From Candidatus Saccharimonadales bacterium (GTDB lineage Bacteria > Patescibacteriota > Saccharimonadia > Saccharimonadales > EFPC-124), in the NCBI GenBank assembly GCA_035457485.1, contig DATIBO010000006.1, positions 242,659 to 306,658 of the forward strand: a stretch of DNA of 64,000 nucleotides. Reading direction: 5' to 3'. The notes below the pieces were generated by a model. It did not search any database, was not told where the DNA came from, and saw only the letters and a program-made list of their open reading frames with translations. The position numbers and the translations under genes were made by a program. Positions 18,994 through 28,663 of this stretch are shown in pieces (the stretch's first letter is position 1; the number at the start of each line of letters is the position of its first letter).

Positions 18994-19431
18994 ATGTCAA
19001 AGCAACATCCAACAATAATGGTAGTAGAGGACGAAGCACTTTTACTACAGGCTATTACTAAAAAGATTAAGTTATCTGGTTTAGAGGTTGTATCTTGTTC
19101 GACTGGCAAGCAAGCAATGGATTATCTTGAGAGTATGGACGAGCTGCCAGACGCCGTTTGGTTGGACTATTACCTTAAGGACATGAATGGGTTGGCGTTC
19201 ATGGAAGAATTAAAAAACAACCCAAAATGGAATCATATCCCTGTGGTTGTCGTGAGTAATTCGGCTAGTCCAGACAAAGTCCACAACATGCTCGGCCTTG
19301 GCGTTAAAAAGTATGTTCTAAAGGCCGAGTATAGGCTCGATGAGATAATTGATATGCTAAAAGAATTGATTGTTAATGGTAAAAACGATAACCCTTCGGA
19401 GTGGCAACATGGCCAAAGTTCTAGTAGTTGA
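18994..19431 (+). CDS. Stand-alone response regulator receiver protein
   Basis: VVEDE acidic pocket, phospho-acceptor context AVWLDYYL, conserved VVSNS and K. No output domain. Confidence 0.85.
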   Translation: MSKQHPTIMVVEDEALLLQAITKKIKLSGLEVVSCSTGKQAMDYLESMDELPDAVWLDYYLKDMNGLAFMEELKNNPKWNHIPVVVVSNSASPDKVHNMLGLGVKKYVLKAEYRLDEIIDMLKELIVNGKNDNPSEWQHGQSSSS

Positions 19432-19777
19432 AGATGATCGATTTTTGACAAGCGCCTACAAAGCCAAGCTGGTTAGAAGCGGTTTTGACGTCCAGATTGC
19501 GTCCGATGGCGAAGAAGCGCTCGAGATTCTGAAAACCTTTGTACCCGATATAATTCTACTTGACCTTGTCATGCCGCGAAAAGATGGATTTGCAACCCTG
19601 GCCGAAATTAAACAACAAGAAGCTCTTAAAAATATTCCAGTAATTGTAGCGTCTAACCTTGGTCAAAAAGAAGACTTAGACAGAGCGATGTCGCTTGGTG
19701 CACAAGATTACATTATTAAGAGTGATTTGTCGATGGATGCGTTGATCGGCAAAATCAACGAAACGATTAAGGCATAA
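19409..19777 (+). CDS. Stand-alone response regulator receiver protein (CheY-like)
   Basis: MAKVLVVEDD, IILLDLVMP, VIVASN, K at YIIKS. Start moved to the ATG at 19409. No output domain. Confidence 0.85.
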   Translation: MAKVLVVEDDRFLTSAYKAKLVRSGFDVQIASDGEEALEILKTFVPDIILLDLVMPRKDGFATLAEIKQQEALKNIPVIVASNLGQKEDLDRAMSLGAQDYIIKSDLSMDALIGKINETIKA

Positions 19778-19794
19778 CTTGACCTGAGGGTGGC

Positions 19795-21495
19795 ATGGGA
19801 ATAGATGACGAACAGTTATACAAACTGCTTGCTGAGCTCGACTACCTTTCTGTCGATGATTTAAACAAGGCTCGTGATTTAGCTAAGACCGAGGCTAAGA
19901 GCTTATATGACGTGCTTTTAGATCGCGATTTGGTCTCGGATGAGAATCTAGGTAAACTAATTGCTTACTCGCTAAAATTGCCGTTCGTGACTTTGTCGCA
20001 ATCTACAATCCCTGAGGATGTTTTAAAAATCACCCCCGAACAAGTTGCCAGTAAGTTTAAGGTCATCACTTTTGGTATAGATGATAAGGGCTTAAAAATT
20101 GCCACATCCAACCATTTGCAGCCAGATTTGTTCCCTATGTTGGCTAAAAAGGCTGGTCAAAAAAGTTACCGAGTATTTTTTGCGACCGAGCGTGATATCG
20201 AGTCAGCTCTGCGACTTTATAAAAAAGATTTAACGCGAGTTTTCGAAGGCCTACTGCCAAAAGGTGCTGCGCTCAGCGAAGTCCCGGTTGCTAAAATTGT
20301 AGACACAATTATTGAGTATGCAAACTTCAACAAAGCCTCGGACGTTCATATCGAACCAACCAGAGGATACAGTCAGATCCGTTTTAGAATTGATGGAATC
20401 TTGCATGATGTTGTGCGACTTCCAAAAATGCTTCACGACCAGCTGGTTACCAGAATAAAAGTCATGGCGCGTCTTAGGACAGACGAGCATTTGAGCGCTC
20501 AAGACGGTCGAATGCGGGTTTTGATCCAGGGCAAAACAGATGAGGATGTAGATGTACGTGTATCGATTGTGCCAATTACTAGTGGCGAAAAGGTAGTTTT
20601 ACGTTTGTTGTCGTCGCACAATCGACAGTTTGGTTTGGCTGACTTGGGTATGAGTGAGTCGAATCTAAAAAAGATCCAAAACGGATTTTTAAGGCCATAT
20701 GGAATGGTGCTTTCAACCGGCCCAACTGGCTCGGGTAAGACTACTACAATGTACGCCATTTTAAAGATTTTAAATACTCGCGATAAAAACATTGCAACTA
20801 TTGAAGATCCGGTTGAGTACGAAATCGCCGGCCTCAACCAAATTCAGGTTAATGCCAAAACTGGGCTTACGTTTGCTAACGGACTTAGGTCCATATTGCG
20901 TCAAGACCCAGATGTGATGTTCGTAGGTGAGATTCGCGATGAAGACACGGCTAGTATTGCAATAAACTCGGCGATGACGGGCCACTTAGTGCTTTCGACT
21001 TTACACACCAACGATGCCGTAACTGCTCTGCCGCGCTTAATCGATATGAAAGTTGAGCCTTTTTTGGTGGCTTCCACAGTTAACGTTATAGTTGGTCAGC
21101 GCTTGGTGCGAAAAATTTGCAATACCTGTAAAGTCAGTCAAGAAATAGTCCGAACACCAACTGGCTTAAAAGGCGACACTAAGCTTGCCGCTCAGATTGT
21201 TACGCTTAATCCACGATTAGTTAATAAATATTTTGGTACAGGCAATATCCGTGTTTATAGGGGAAAGGGCTGTCAGGTTTGTAATAACACTGGTTTTATT
21301 GGTCGCGTAGGAATTTTTGAAGTTTTAGTTGTTACCCCTAAGATTCAGGAGCTAATAAGTAAAAAATCTAACTCAGAAGTAATTTTCCAGCAGGCAGTGG
21401 CTGAAGGAATGGAAACTATGATGGAAGATGGACTAAGTAAAGTCCAAAGTGGGCTCACAACAATTGAAGAAGTTTTGAGGGTAACGAGGGATTAA
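19795..21495 (+). CDS. pilB: Type IV pilus assembly ATPase PilB (GspE family)
   Basis: Walker A GPTGSGKTT, Asp box IATIEDPVEY, Walker B DPDVMFVGEIRD, His box TGHLVLSTLHTN, C-terminal Cys motifs CNTCK...CQVCNNTG. Confidence 0.92.
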   Translation: MGIDDEQLYKLLAELDYLSVDDLNKARDLAKTEAKSLYDVLLDRDLVSDENLGKLIAYSLKLPFVTLSQSTIPEDVLKITPEQVASKFKVITFGIDDKGLKIATSNHLQPDLFPMLAKKAGQKSYRVFFATERDIESALRLYKKDLTRVFEGLLPKGAALSEVPVAKIVDTIIEYANFNKASDVHIEPTRGYSQIRFRIDGILHDVVRLPKMLHDQLVTRIKVMARLRTDEHLSAQDGRMRVLIQGKTDEDVDVRVSIVPITSGEKVVLRLLSSHNRQFGLADLGMSESNLKKIQNGFLRPYGMVLSTGPTGSGKTTTMYAILKILNTRDKNIATIEDPVEYEIAGLNQIQVNAKTGLTFANGLRSILRQDPDVMFVGEIRDEDTASIAINSAMTGHLVLSTLHTNDAVTALPRLIDMKVEPFLVASTVNVIVGQRLVRKICNTCKVSQEIVRTPTGLKGDTKLAAQIVTLNPRLVNKYFGTGNIRVYRGKGCQVCNNTGFIGRVGIFEVLVVTPKIQELISKKSNSEVIFQQAVAEGMETMMEDGLSKVQSGLTTIEEVLRVTRD

Positions 21496-21496
21496 A

Positions 21497-22543
21497 ATGA
21501 CAAACCCAAGGCTAAGGGCGCGTGATCGCCTAAACTTAATTACAAATCTGGCTACAATGTTGTCGGCTGGGATTCCGATTTTGGAAGCGGTAGATACGCT
21601 GTTGGTCGAAAGTAAAGGTTCGAGCAAAGAGGTTCTAACCTTGATCCGTAAGGGCCTGGAACAGGGTAAGCCAATTTCCGAATCTATGAAAGCGGCGCCG
21701 TTGGCGTTTGACCCGGTAACAGTTAACATCGTTCGAGCCAGCGAAGAGGCTGGGACGCTTGATCAGGCCCTTACGGATCTACAGGCGACAATTAAAAAAG
21801 ATATCGATTTCACTGATCGGCTGAAAGCTAGTTTGATTTACCCAGTATTTGTAATCGGGGTGTTTTTGGGTGTTTTGATTCTAATTTTAACTTTTGTGAT
21901 TCCGCGTGTTTCTAAAGTTTTTGACGGCTTGCGCATAACTTTGCCGCCAACCACCAAGGCGTTAATTGGTTTGTCGGAATTTGTCTTGGCTAATTACATC
22001 TTTATTTTTATCGCGATCGCGCTTATTGGCGTGGGAATCTTTATGCTCATTAGGTTTAAGCGTCGCCAAGTTGTAAATGTGCTTTTGTCGTTGCCTTTTT
22101 TAGACAACTTAGGTCGTCAAATTGATCTAGCTAGATTTACGAGGACACTCAAACTGCAGCTAAAGGCTGGATTGCCGCTGTCAGAGGCGTTGGAGCTCAG
22201 TCGTGGTGTGGTTTCAAAAAAAGAGATTGAATCGGCGATTATAAGTATGAAGCGTGCAGTTGATAACGGTGAGCCAATTTCCGAAGGCCTAAAACATTAT
22301 AAAAAAGTTGTGCCTTCGGTGATGATTAGAATTTTACAAACTGCCGAAAAAAGTGGAACGCTAGAGAAAACTATGCAAGATTTGGCCGACTATTTTGATG
22401 AGCAGGTTACTCGAACTCTAAAAAATGTCAGTGAGCTAATTGAGCCCGTCCTGATAGTAGTAATCGGCTTATTGATTGGCGGAATGATGCTTTCGATTAT
22501 CGCGCCGATTTACGGATTAATCAGCCAACTTGGCGGACGTTAA
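21497..22543 (+). CDS. pilC: Type IV pilus platform protein PilC (GspF family)
   Basis: 348 aa with two GspF-type repeats and three TM helices; immediately follows pilB. Confidence 0.85.
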   Translation: MTNPRLRARDRLNLITNLATMLSAGIPILEAVDTLLVESKGSSKEVLTLIRKGLEQGKPISESMKAAPLAFDPVTVNIVRASEEAGTLDQALTDLQATIKKDIDFTDRLKASLIYPVFVIGVFLGVLILILTFVIPRVSKVFDGLRITLPPTTKALIGLSEFVLANYIFIFIAIALIGVGIFMLIRFKRRQVVNVLLSLPFLDNLGRQIDLARFTRTLKLQLKAGLPLSEALELSRGVVSKKEIESAIISMKRAVDNGEPISEGLKHYKKVVPSVMIRILQTAEKSGTLEKTMQDLADYFDEQVTRTLKNVSELIEPVLIVVIGLLIGGMMLSIIAPIYGLISQLGGR

Positions 22544-23014
22544 ATGGCGGGTCGTGCTGGATTCACGATGGTTGAGGTTGTAGTAGTTATGGCGCTACTG
22601 GCTATTTTAGTCGGCTTAGCCGCAGTTAATATTATCGGTAGTCAGCGGCAAATTGTTTCGGATTCGGCGGTAAATATGTTGATCGCCGACCTAAGATCGC
22701 AGCAAATTAAATCAATGATGGGCGATGACGACGGTGGATCGACTGCACAGTCCTACGGTGTTTTGTTCGAAGCAAACAGCTATACGCTTTTTTCTGGATC
22801 ATCTTACTCGCCCAGCAATCCCACTAATTTTCAGGTTCAAGTTGAGGGTCTTAGCCTAAGTTCGACATTTCCGTCGAATACTTTAATTTTTGCAAAAGCT
22901 TCGGGCGAGGTTTCGGGATACAACGCCAGTCAAGACACAATAACTTTCACGAATTCGGTTGGTGATCAAACTGTTGTTGAGGTAAACCTGTACGGAGTTG
23001 CAAATGAACTTTAA
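22544..23014 (+). CDS. Minor pilin (FimT/GspH-like)
   Basis: RAGFTMVEVVVVMALLAILVGLA prepilin signal; 156 aa. Confidence 0.75.
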   Translation: MAGRAGFTMVEVVVVMALLAILVGLAAVNIIGSQRQIVSDSAVNMLIADLRSQQIKSMMGDDDGGSTAQSYGVLFEANSYTLFSGSSYSPSNPTNFQVQVEGLSLSSTFPSNTLIFAKASGEVSGYNASQDTITFTNSVGDQTVVEVNLYGVANEL

Positions 23015-25511
23015 GCAGCGCGGACAAACGCTTGTTGAGCTTTTGGTGGTGATTGGAATTATGGCTATCATGCTGCCAGCGCTCGCTACGGCTATGGTCG
23101 CGTCTCGTGAGGGTAGGGTTCAGGAGTCTGCGCGTTTGCAAGCAGCATCATTTTTAAATGAATCGCAATCTGCGGTTCAGGTCGTTCGCGACGCTGGTTG
23201 GCAGCAGTTTGCCGTAAATGGGACGTACCATCCTGTGGTTAGCGGAACAACCTGGGGGTTGAGTGCTAATGCAGAAGTCGTTGACGGATTTACTAGAAGT
23301 GTCCAGATTTCTGACGCTCAGCGTGACACAAACGGGGCGATCGTTGAAGCTGGTGGAACCGTTGATCCCTCTACTAAAAAAGTCACATACACAGTTTCTT
23401 GGAATACACCGATTGCAAGTACGCTCTCTAGTACTGCCTATTTTCAACGATATGAGGGGAATGCTTCCTGGACTCAGACTACCGAGGTGGAGTTTAATAC
23501 TGGAACGAAAAGCTCAACTACTGTCGATGCGACTGGTGGAGGACAGGTGTCGTTGTCTACGGGGGGATCATCTATAAATTTCGTACAGAGCGCGGTCGCC
23601 ACCCCAGAGGATAATTTTGACTATTTACTAAGTAAAAGTTTTAGTACTAATGTAACAGCGGGCAACGCGATCATAGTGGCTTTCTCTTGGGATCCGGCGA
23701 ATGGCCCGATTGCATCGTGTTCGGACGACCGTAGTAACACCTATGGAACTGCAGTTATGATCGAAGATACAACCATGCAACAATCAATTGGGATATGCTA
23801 CGCATTAAATGTTACGGGCGGCGCCACTACTATTTCGGCTAACTTTAGTACGCCGGCTGGATTTAGGAGAATGGTAATAACTGAGTACAGTGGAGTTGCT
23901 TCGACCGATGCTCTTGACGTAGTGGCGAGCGCAACTGGCGCGGCAAGCACTGCTACCGATGCTGTGAGCTCAACCGCAGCTACAACCACGATGGCTAACG
24001 AACTTGTCTTTGGTGCGGTTATGGACACAGAGGGTCAGACTACTATAAATCCGGGTACGGGCTTTACTCAACGTAACTACTCTAATAACAAGGATCTTGC
24101 CGTTCAGGATAAAAACCAGGCTACGGCGGCTTCGGTGAGTTCAACTCAGACATTTGGAACCACGCATAGATACGCTGCGGCGATGGCGGTATTTAGGCCG
24201 AGCTATACCAGTACAGCTAACTGGACGCCGTTAACGCAAGTTAGTACGTACGATGTTCCATCAAGTATTACAGATGCGACTAGAGTTTTTGTAGATCAAG
24301 ATAGAGCTTACTTGGTATATGGTTCTACTCTAAGAACTTTTAGCGTCACTAATCCTTCGTCGCCAATTTCATTAGGCACGTACACCGCACCAGGTATTAT
24401 TAACGATGTTTTTGTTAAAGACAAATATGCATACTTAGCCACGACGGCCAATTCGGCTGAGCTTATAATGGTCAGGCTTACTGATCCGGTATTTCCGGTA
24501 GCGGTTGCTTCGGTGGATCTGGCTGGGACCCACGATGGTCGCTCGGTCTTTGTCGCCGACAACAAAGCCTATGTAGCTAGGGTTGAAAATGCAACCGCAG
24601 GGCAGGATGAATTTTTTATAGTAAATGTTCCTACGCCAGATTCTCCTTCGGTGGCCGGGTCGGTTAACCTGACAGGTAACACGAACGATTTGTTTGTTTC
24701 GGGTAACTTTGCTTACCTCGCTACAGCAAACTTAGTCGGCGACTTAACAGCTATAAATGTCACGAACTCAGCTTCTCCTACAGTTGCTGGAATGTATGAC
24801 GCCGCAGGTTCGGGTGCTGGGCGTGGTGTTTTTGCAATCGGCACCACTGTGTATTTTGTTAAAGACCAGGCTAGTGGTGGGCCGGAATTTTATATTTTTA
24901 ACGCCACCAACCCGGCAAGCATTTCGGTCGTGGGTTCGTATGAAGCGGGTGCAACTCTTCAGAGTGTTTTTGTAAGTGGAAACCGAGCGTTTATTGCTGG
25001 GGCAATTGCGAGCGCGCATTTAAGGGTACTTAATATTTCGACACCGTCATCGCCGACCGTTTATAGCAGTTTGAACATGAATGCTACAATTAACGACGTT
25101 TTTGTAAATGGAAACTATGCCTATATGGCTTCGACCTCTGACACGGCCGAACTTGCCATAGCTAGAGGAGTAATTTCGCGAACACCGACTGGTGGCGGGG
25201 GCGGTTATCAATCTGCGGGAACATTTGAATCTGCTAGTTTTGATGCAGGATCAACTGTGGCATTCAACAATATAATATTTACCATAAACGAGCCGGCAAG
25301 TACCGATGTTAGATTTCAGGTTGCAACAAACACTAACAATAGTACTTGGAATTTTGTTGGTCCAGATGGAACCTCGGGTACGTACTATAGCGCAAATTCA
25401 CCGATTCTTTTTGGCACGAGCGGCAGGTATATTAGGTATAAGGCAACGTTAACCGGACCCGGATCAAGTACGCCAACGATAAGTGATGTATCGATAAACT
25501 ATTCACCATGA
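22998..25511 (+). CDS. Giant minor pilin-like protein with fused LVIVD-type beta-propeller (putative pilus-tip adhesin)
   Basis: N-terminal QRGQTLVELLVVIGIMAIMLPALA prepilin signal; 837 aa; seven ~45-aa repeats; C-terminal ~100-aa domain ending RYIRYKATL...ISDVSINYSP. Confidence 0.8.
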   Translation: MQMNFKQRGQTLVELLVVIGIMAIMLPALATAMVASREGRVQESARLQAASFLNESQSAVQVVRDAGWQQFAVNGTYHPVVSGTTWGLSANAEVVDGFTRSVQISDAQRDTNGAIVEAGGTVDPSTKKVTYTVSWNTPIASTLSSTAYFQRYEGNASWTQTTEVEFNTGTKSSTTVDATGGGQVSLSTGGSSINFVQSAVATPEDNFDYLLSKSFSTNVTAGNAIIVAFSWDPANGPIASCSDDRSNTYGTAVMIEDTTMQQSIGICYALNVTGGATTISANFSTPAGFRRMVITEYSGVASTDALDVVASATGAASTATDAVSSTAATTTMANELVFGAVMDTEGQTTINPGTGFTQRNYSNNKDLAVQDKNQATAASVSSTQTFGTTHRYAAAMAVFRPSYTSTANWTPLTQVSTYDVPSSITDATRVFVDQDRAYLVYGSTLRTFSVTNPSSPISLGTYTAPGIINDVFVKDKYAYLATTANSAELIMVRLTDPVFPVAVASVDLAGTHDGRSVFVADNKAYVARVENATAGQDEFFIVNVPTPDSPSVAGSVNLTGNTNDLFVSGNFAYLATANLVGDLTAINVTNSASPTVAGMYDAAGSGAGRGVFAIGTTVYFVKDQASGGPEFYIFNATNPASISVVGSYEAGATLQSVFVSGNRAFIAGAIASAHLRVLNISTPSSPTVYSSLNMNATINDVFVNGNYAYMASTSDTAELAIARGVISRTPTGGGGGYQSAGTFESASFDAGSTVAFNNIIFTINEPASTDVRFQVATNTNNSTWNFVGPDGTSGTYYSANSPILFGTSGRYIRYKATLTGPGSSTPTISDVSINYSP
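24273..25166 (+). repeat. Seven tandem LVIVD-like coding repeats (beta-propeller blades)
   Basis: Recurring pattern h-F-V-x-G/D-x-Y/F-A-Y-h-A...h-x-h-h-N-h-x-x-P-x-x-P at aa ~426-723 of the 837-aa protein. Confidence 0.7.
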
Positions 25512-25996
25512 AAAATATATTTGATAAAGCCGGCTTTACCTTAGTAGAACTCATAATCGTTATGGGAATTACGTCGATTTTTGTGGTAGTACTAACTGAT
25601 ATTTTCGTAAGTTTGACAGCCGCTAAGCTAGAATCGGAGGCGACTGCGGCGGTCGTTGAAGATGGAAGATTTATTTTAGCTCGCCTAACCTACGATGTAG
25701 AGAGATCAACAACAATCACCACACCTTTAATATTGGGTAGCAGCGGATCGACGCTGGTTTTAAATATAGGAGGCACAAGCCATACTTATGCACTCTCCGG
25801 TGAAAATCTAACATTAAACAATTCATCAACAACTAGCAATTTAAATAGCAACCGAACCGCAATTTCGGGAATTACTTTTCAAAAACTTGGCAACTCAGGT
25901 ACACAAACAGTTAGGGTAACATTTACTGTAACCGGACAGGCGGTCAACCAAGCGCCCATTTCGCAAACATTTTCAACAACGGTGGCAAAGCCATGA
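25508..25996 (+). CDS. Minor pilin (PilW/GspJ-like)
   Basis: KAGFTLVELIIVMGITSIFVVVL prepilin signal; ATGA overlap with the upstream gene. Confidence 0.75.
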   Translation: MKNIFDKAGFTLVELIIVMGITSIFVVVLTDIFVSLTAAKLESEATAAVVEDGRFILARLTYDVERSTTITTPLILGSSGSTLVLNIGGTSHTYALSGENLTLNNSSTTSNLNSNRTAISGITFQKLGNSGTQTVRVTFTVTGQAVNQAPISQTFSTTVAKP

Positions 25997-26376
25997 CCCA
26001 AAACAGAGAATCTGGTCAAACGCTGATAGTTTTACTGGCATTTATGACGATGGCTATAACTTTAACCTCGGCAGCCGTTGTAGTCACCGTTGCAAGCATA
26101 AGGGCCACATCTGTGTATTCGGCTGGACAAAATGCATTAAGTTTGGCGGAATCTGGAGCTGACAATGCCATTATGAGACTTATTCGGGATGCAAGTTATA
26201 GCGGCGAAACGCTCACTTTGCCAGAAGGAGTTGCTATAATAAGCGTAACCGGTTCGGCACCCACAAAAACAATCATCTCCGAAGGTGTGGTTGGGGATTA
26301 CCGCCGAAAAATTCAGGTTGTAGTCAATCAGTCGAATAATGCGGTTAGCGTAACTAGCTGGAGCGAAGTCCCGTAA
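25993..26376 (+). CDS. Minor pilin-like protein (PilX/GspK-like, lacks Glu5)
   Basis: ESGQTLIVLLAFMTMAITLTSAAVVV hydrophobic N-terminus without the +5 Glu; overlaps the upstream gene. Confidence 0.6.
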   Translation: MTQNRESGQTLIVLLAFMTMAITLTSAAVVVTVASIRATSVYSAGQNALSLAESGADNAIMRLIRDASYSGETLTLPEGVAIISVTGSAPTKTIISEGVVGDYRRKIQVVVNQSNNAVSVTSWSEVP

Positions 26377-26907
26377 ATGTTTTTCTCTAAAAAACCACAA
26401 ATAGTAGTGTACCTGAGGCGTGATAGCCTTGACGTTTTTGGTAAGTCGGCTGCCAAGTTTGTATTCCCGGATGGATTGGTTCAAAATCTTGAGGTTGAAG
26501 ATAGTCACTTGCTCCATGATCAAACGCTGCAGTTTTTGACGAGTCAGCAAATTGTAAAAGAATCAGGGATTTTACTCTTGGACGATAGTGTGGTTTTTCA
26601 AAAGGTTATGCCCGTAAGTGCCAACTCTAATATAAAAGCTTTGCAGGATGATTATGCTCAGCGTACGCCTTTCGACCCGTCTGGCGTAGTGGTTGTAGGC
26701 TTGTTGGCGCGCGAGCAGCTGATACTGATTGCGGCAAACAAGAATTTTTTCATGCCAATTGTGGCAGCATTCTCAGATTATGGATCTAGGATTAACTCAG
26801 TATCTCCCGCAGGGCTTTTTGGTAAAGGCGTGATAACCCAAGATTCAGCCGAAACAATTTTGGCAAACGCAAAAAATGCAGAAAAGGCTAATTTTTTACA
26901 AATATAG
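26377..26907 (+). CDS. Hypothetical pilus-locus protein
   Basis: 176-aa ORF whose ATG directly abuts the previous stop. No TM helix or motif recognised. Confidence 0.5.
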   Translation: MFFSKKPQIVVYLRRDSLDVFGKSAAKFVFPDGLVQNLEVEDSHLLHDQTLQFLTSQQIVKESGILLLDDSVVFQKVMPVSANSNIKALQDDYAQRTPFDPSGVVVVGLLAREQLILIAANKNFFMPIVAAFSDYGSRINSVSPAGLFGKGVITQDSAETILANAKNAEKANFLQI

Positions 26908-26959
26908 TTACCAAAAATGCTTATGTTTGTAGTATAATTTTGGTAGAAAAGGTAATAAT

Positions 26960-27439
26960 ATGGGCAATAAACTTAATAAATTTCAAAAAGGCTTTACGTT
27001 AATCGAAATTCTGGTTGTCATCGGAATTCTTTCAATACTACTTGCGATCGTTTTGATTGCTATTAACCCGCAGCAGCAGTTCCAGCAAGCTAACAATACT
27101 CAGCGAAGCTCGGATGTTAGCGCAATTTTAAACGCGATTAGTTCCTACGCAGCACAAAACAACGGCGATCTTCCAGCAGGAATTGCCGCGACTGCAAAGA
27201 CATTAGGTAAGCCCACAGCAGCCGATATTGTAGACTTATGCTCGGCGCTCGTCCCAACTTACATAGCAGATCTCCCTATGGATCCTACTACCGGCACAGT
27301 AACTGGCGGCGACACTCCATGTGCCACTGCTACAACTGCTTACGATACCGGCTATACTGTTCAGACGAGTGCAGGTAATCGCGTCACAGTTAGTGCGCCT
27401 GATGCCCAGGGCGGCGAAACTATAAGTATTACTCGCTAA
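26960..27439 (+). CDS. Type IV major pilin (PilA-like)
   Basis: QKGFTLIEILVVIGILSILLAIVLIAINP prepilin signal; own Shine-Dalgarno and intergenic spacer; 159 aa. Confidence 0.85.
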   Translation: MGNKLNKFQKGFTLIEILVVIGILSILLAIVLIAINPQQQFQQANNTQRSSDVSAILNAISSYAAQNNGDLPAGIAATAKTLGKPTAADIVDLCSALVPTYIADLPMDPTTGTVTGGDTPCATATTAYDTGYTVQTSAGNRVTVSAPDAQGGETISITR

Positions 27440-27457
27440 TAGAGTAAAATAAGCTTA

Positions 27458-28663
27458 GTGCTAAGCTTTAGAGAAGAACATAAAAAACGTTGGCCATGGC
27501 TTGTCGTTGCGATTCTGGTAGTGTTGCCGACAAGCTATATTGCCATTTTGGCTAACTTGCAACTTCCGCAAGTCACAGTTAATCAGCGGATATTTTCTCA
27601 TGAGGTTGATACTGGGGTCAGCGATCAAATAACGTGGCCCGACTCTGACCAAGCGGCTGTTTTTGTTCCTGATCTTAATGTAGTCAAAACGTTCGGCGAG
27701 CAAAAACCGCAACCAACTGCCAGTGTAGCAAAAGCAATGACGGGACTTGCTTTAATGAGAAAGTCGCCCTTGGCGGCCGGTGAGCAAGGGCAATTTATTA
27801 CAATCAGCGATCAAGACGTGGCGATCTACAGGCAGTATGTGGCAGACGGTGGGTCGGTGTTTGCTGTTTCTGCAGGGCAACAGCTTACTCAATACCAAGC
27901 TATGCAGGCGCTTTTGCTGCCGTCGGCTAACAATATGGCCGTTACTCTAACTAGATGGGCGTTTGGAAGTGATCAGGCATATATTGATTATGCCAACCAA
28001 TTAGCCAAAGATCTGGGTATGAAAAATACTAACATAGCTGATGCTAGTGGCTTTTCTGAACAAACTACTAGTACCACAGAAGACCTTGTAATTTTAGGAA
28101 ATGCCGTTCTTAAAGAACCAGTCTTAGCACAGATTGTAAATCAAAAGTCTGCTCAGATTTTAGGCCGTGAGGTAAACAATGTAAACACGAGCCTTGGTGT
28201 TGCGGGGATAAACGGTATCAAGACCGGCTTTACGTTTGCAGCTGGCGGCTGTCTATTGTTTTCTTCTACTAAAGATGTGTTTGGAAAACCTACAACAGTT
28301 ATTGGTGCAATTTTGGGTGCTGAAACTAGAGATGTTGCCTTGGCATACGCTCCTAAAATTGTAGAAAGTAGCTGGCCAAATATAATTCAGGTTAACCCGG
28401 TTGCTGAACGACAAGTAATTGCTGATGTCACGACTGAATGGGGCGAGAAAGCGCAAATCATAAGTAATGATGCGATTAATTTTGTCTTGTGGAAGGGTAG
28501 TCCTTTGAACCTAGAAGTCATGCTCGACAAGCAGAAATTAACCGGCGAAATTAGCGTTGCCAGCCAAACACAGCAGCTTGAACTCAGCAATAAGATTAAC
28601 GAGCCAAATCTTTGGTGGCGCTTAACTCATCCCCGCCAGATGTTAGCTAGTTATGTACGATAA
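27458..28663 (+). CDS. Serine-type D-Ala-D-Ala carboxypeptidase (peptidase S11, PBP5-like)
   Basis: SxxK (SVAKAMT), SxN (SANN) and KTG (IKTGFT) motifs; N-terminal TM; GTG start. Confidence 0.8.
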   Translation: MLSFREEHKKRWPWLVVAILVVLPTSYIAILANLQLPQVTVNQRIFSHEVDTGVSDQITWPDSDQAAVFVPDLNVVKTFGEQKPQPTASVAKAMTGLALMRKSPLAAGEQGQFITISDQDVAIYRQYVADGGSVFAVSAGQQLTQYQAMQALLLPSANNMAVTLTRWAFGSDQAYIDYANQLAKDLGMKNTNIADASGFSEQTTSTTEDLVILGNAVLKEPVLAQIVNQKSAQILGREVNNVNTSLGVAGINGIKTGFTFAAGGCLLFSSTKDVFGKPTTVIGAILGAETRDVALAYAPKIVESSWPNIIQVNPVAERQVIADVTTEWGEKAQIISNDAINFVLWKGSPLNLEVMLDKQKLTGEISVASQTQQLELSNKINEPNLWWRLTHPRQMLASYVR

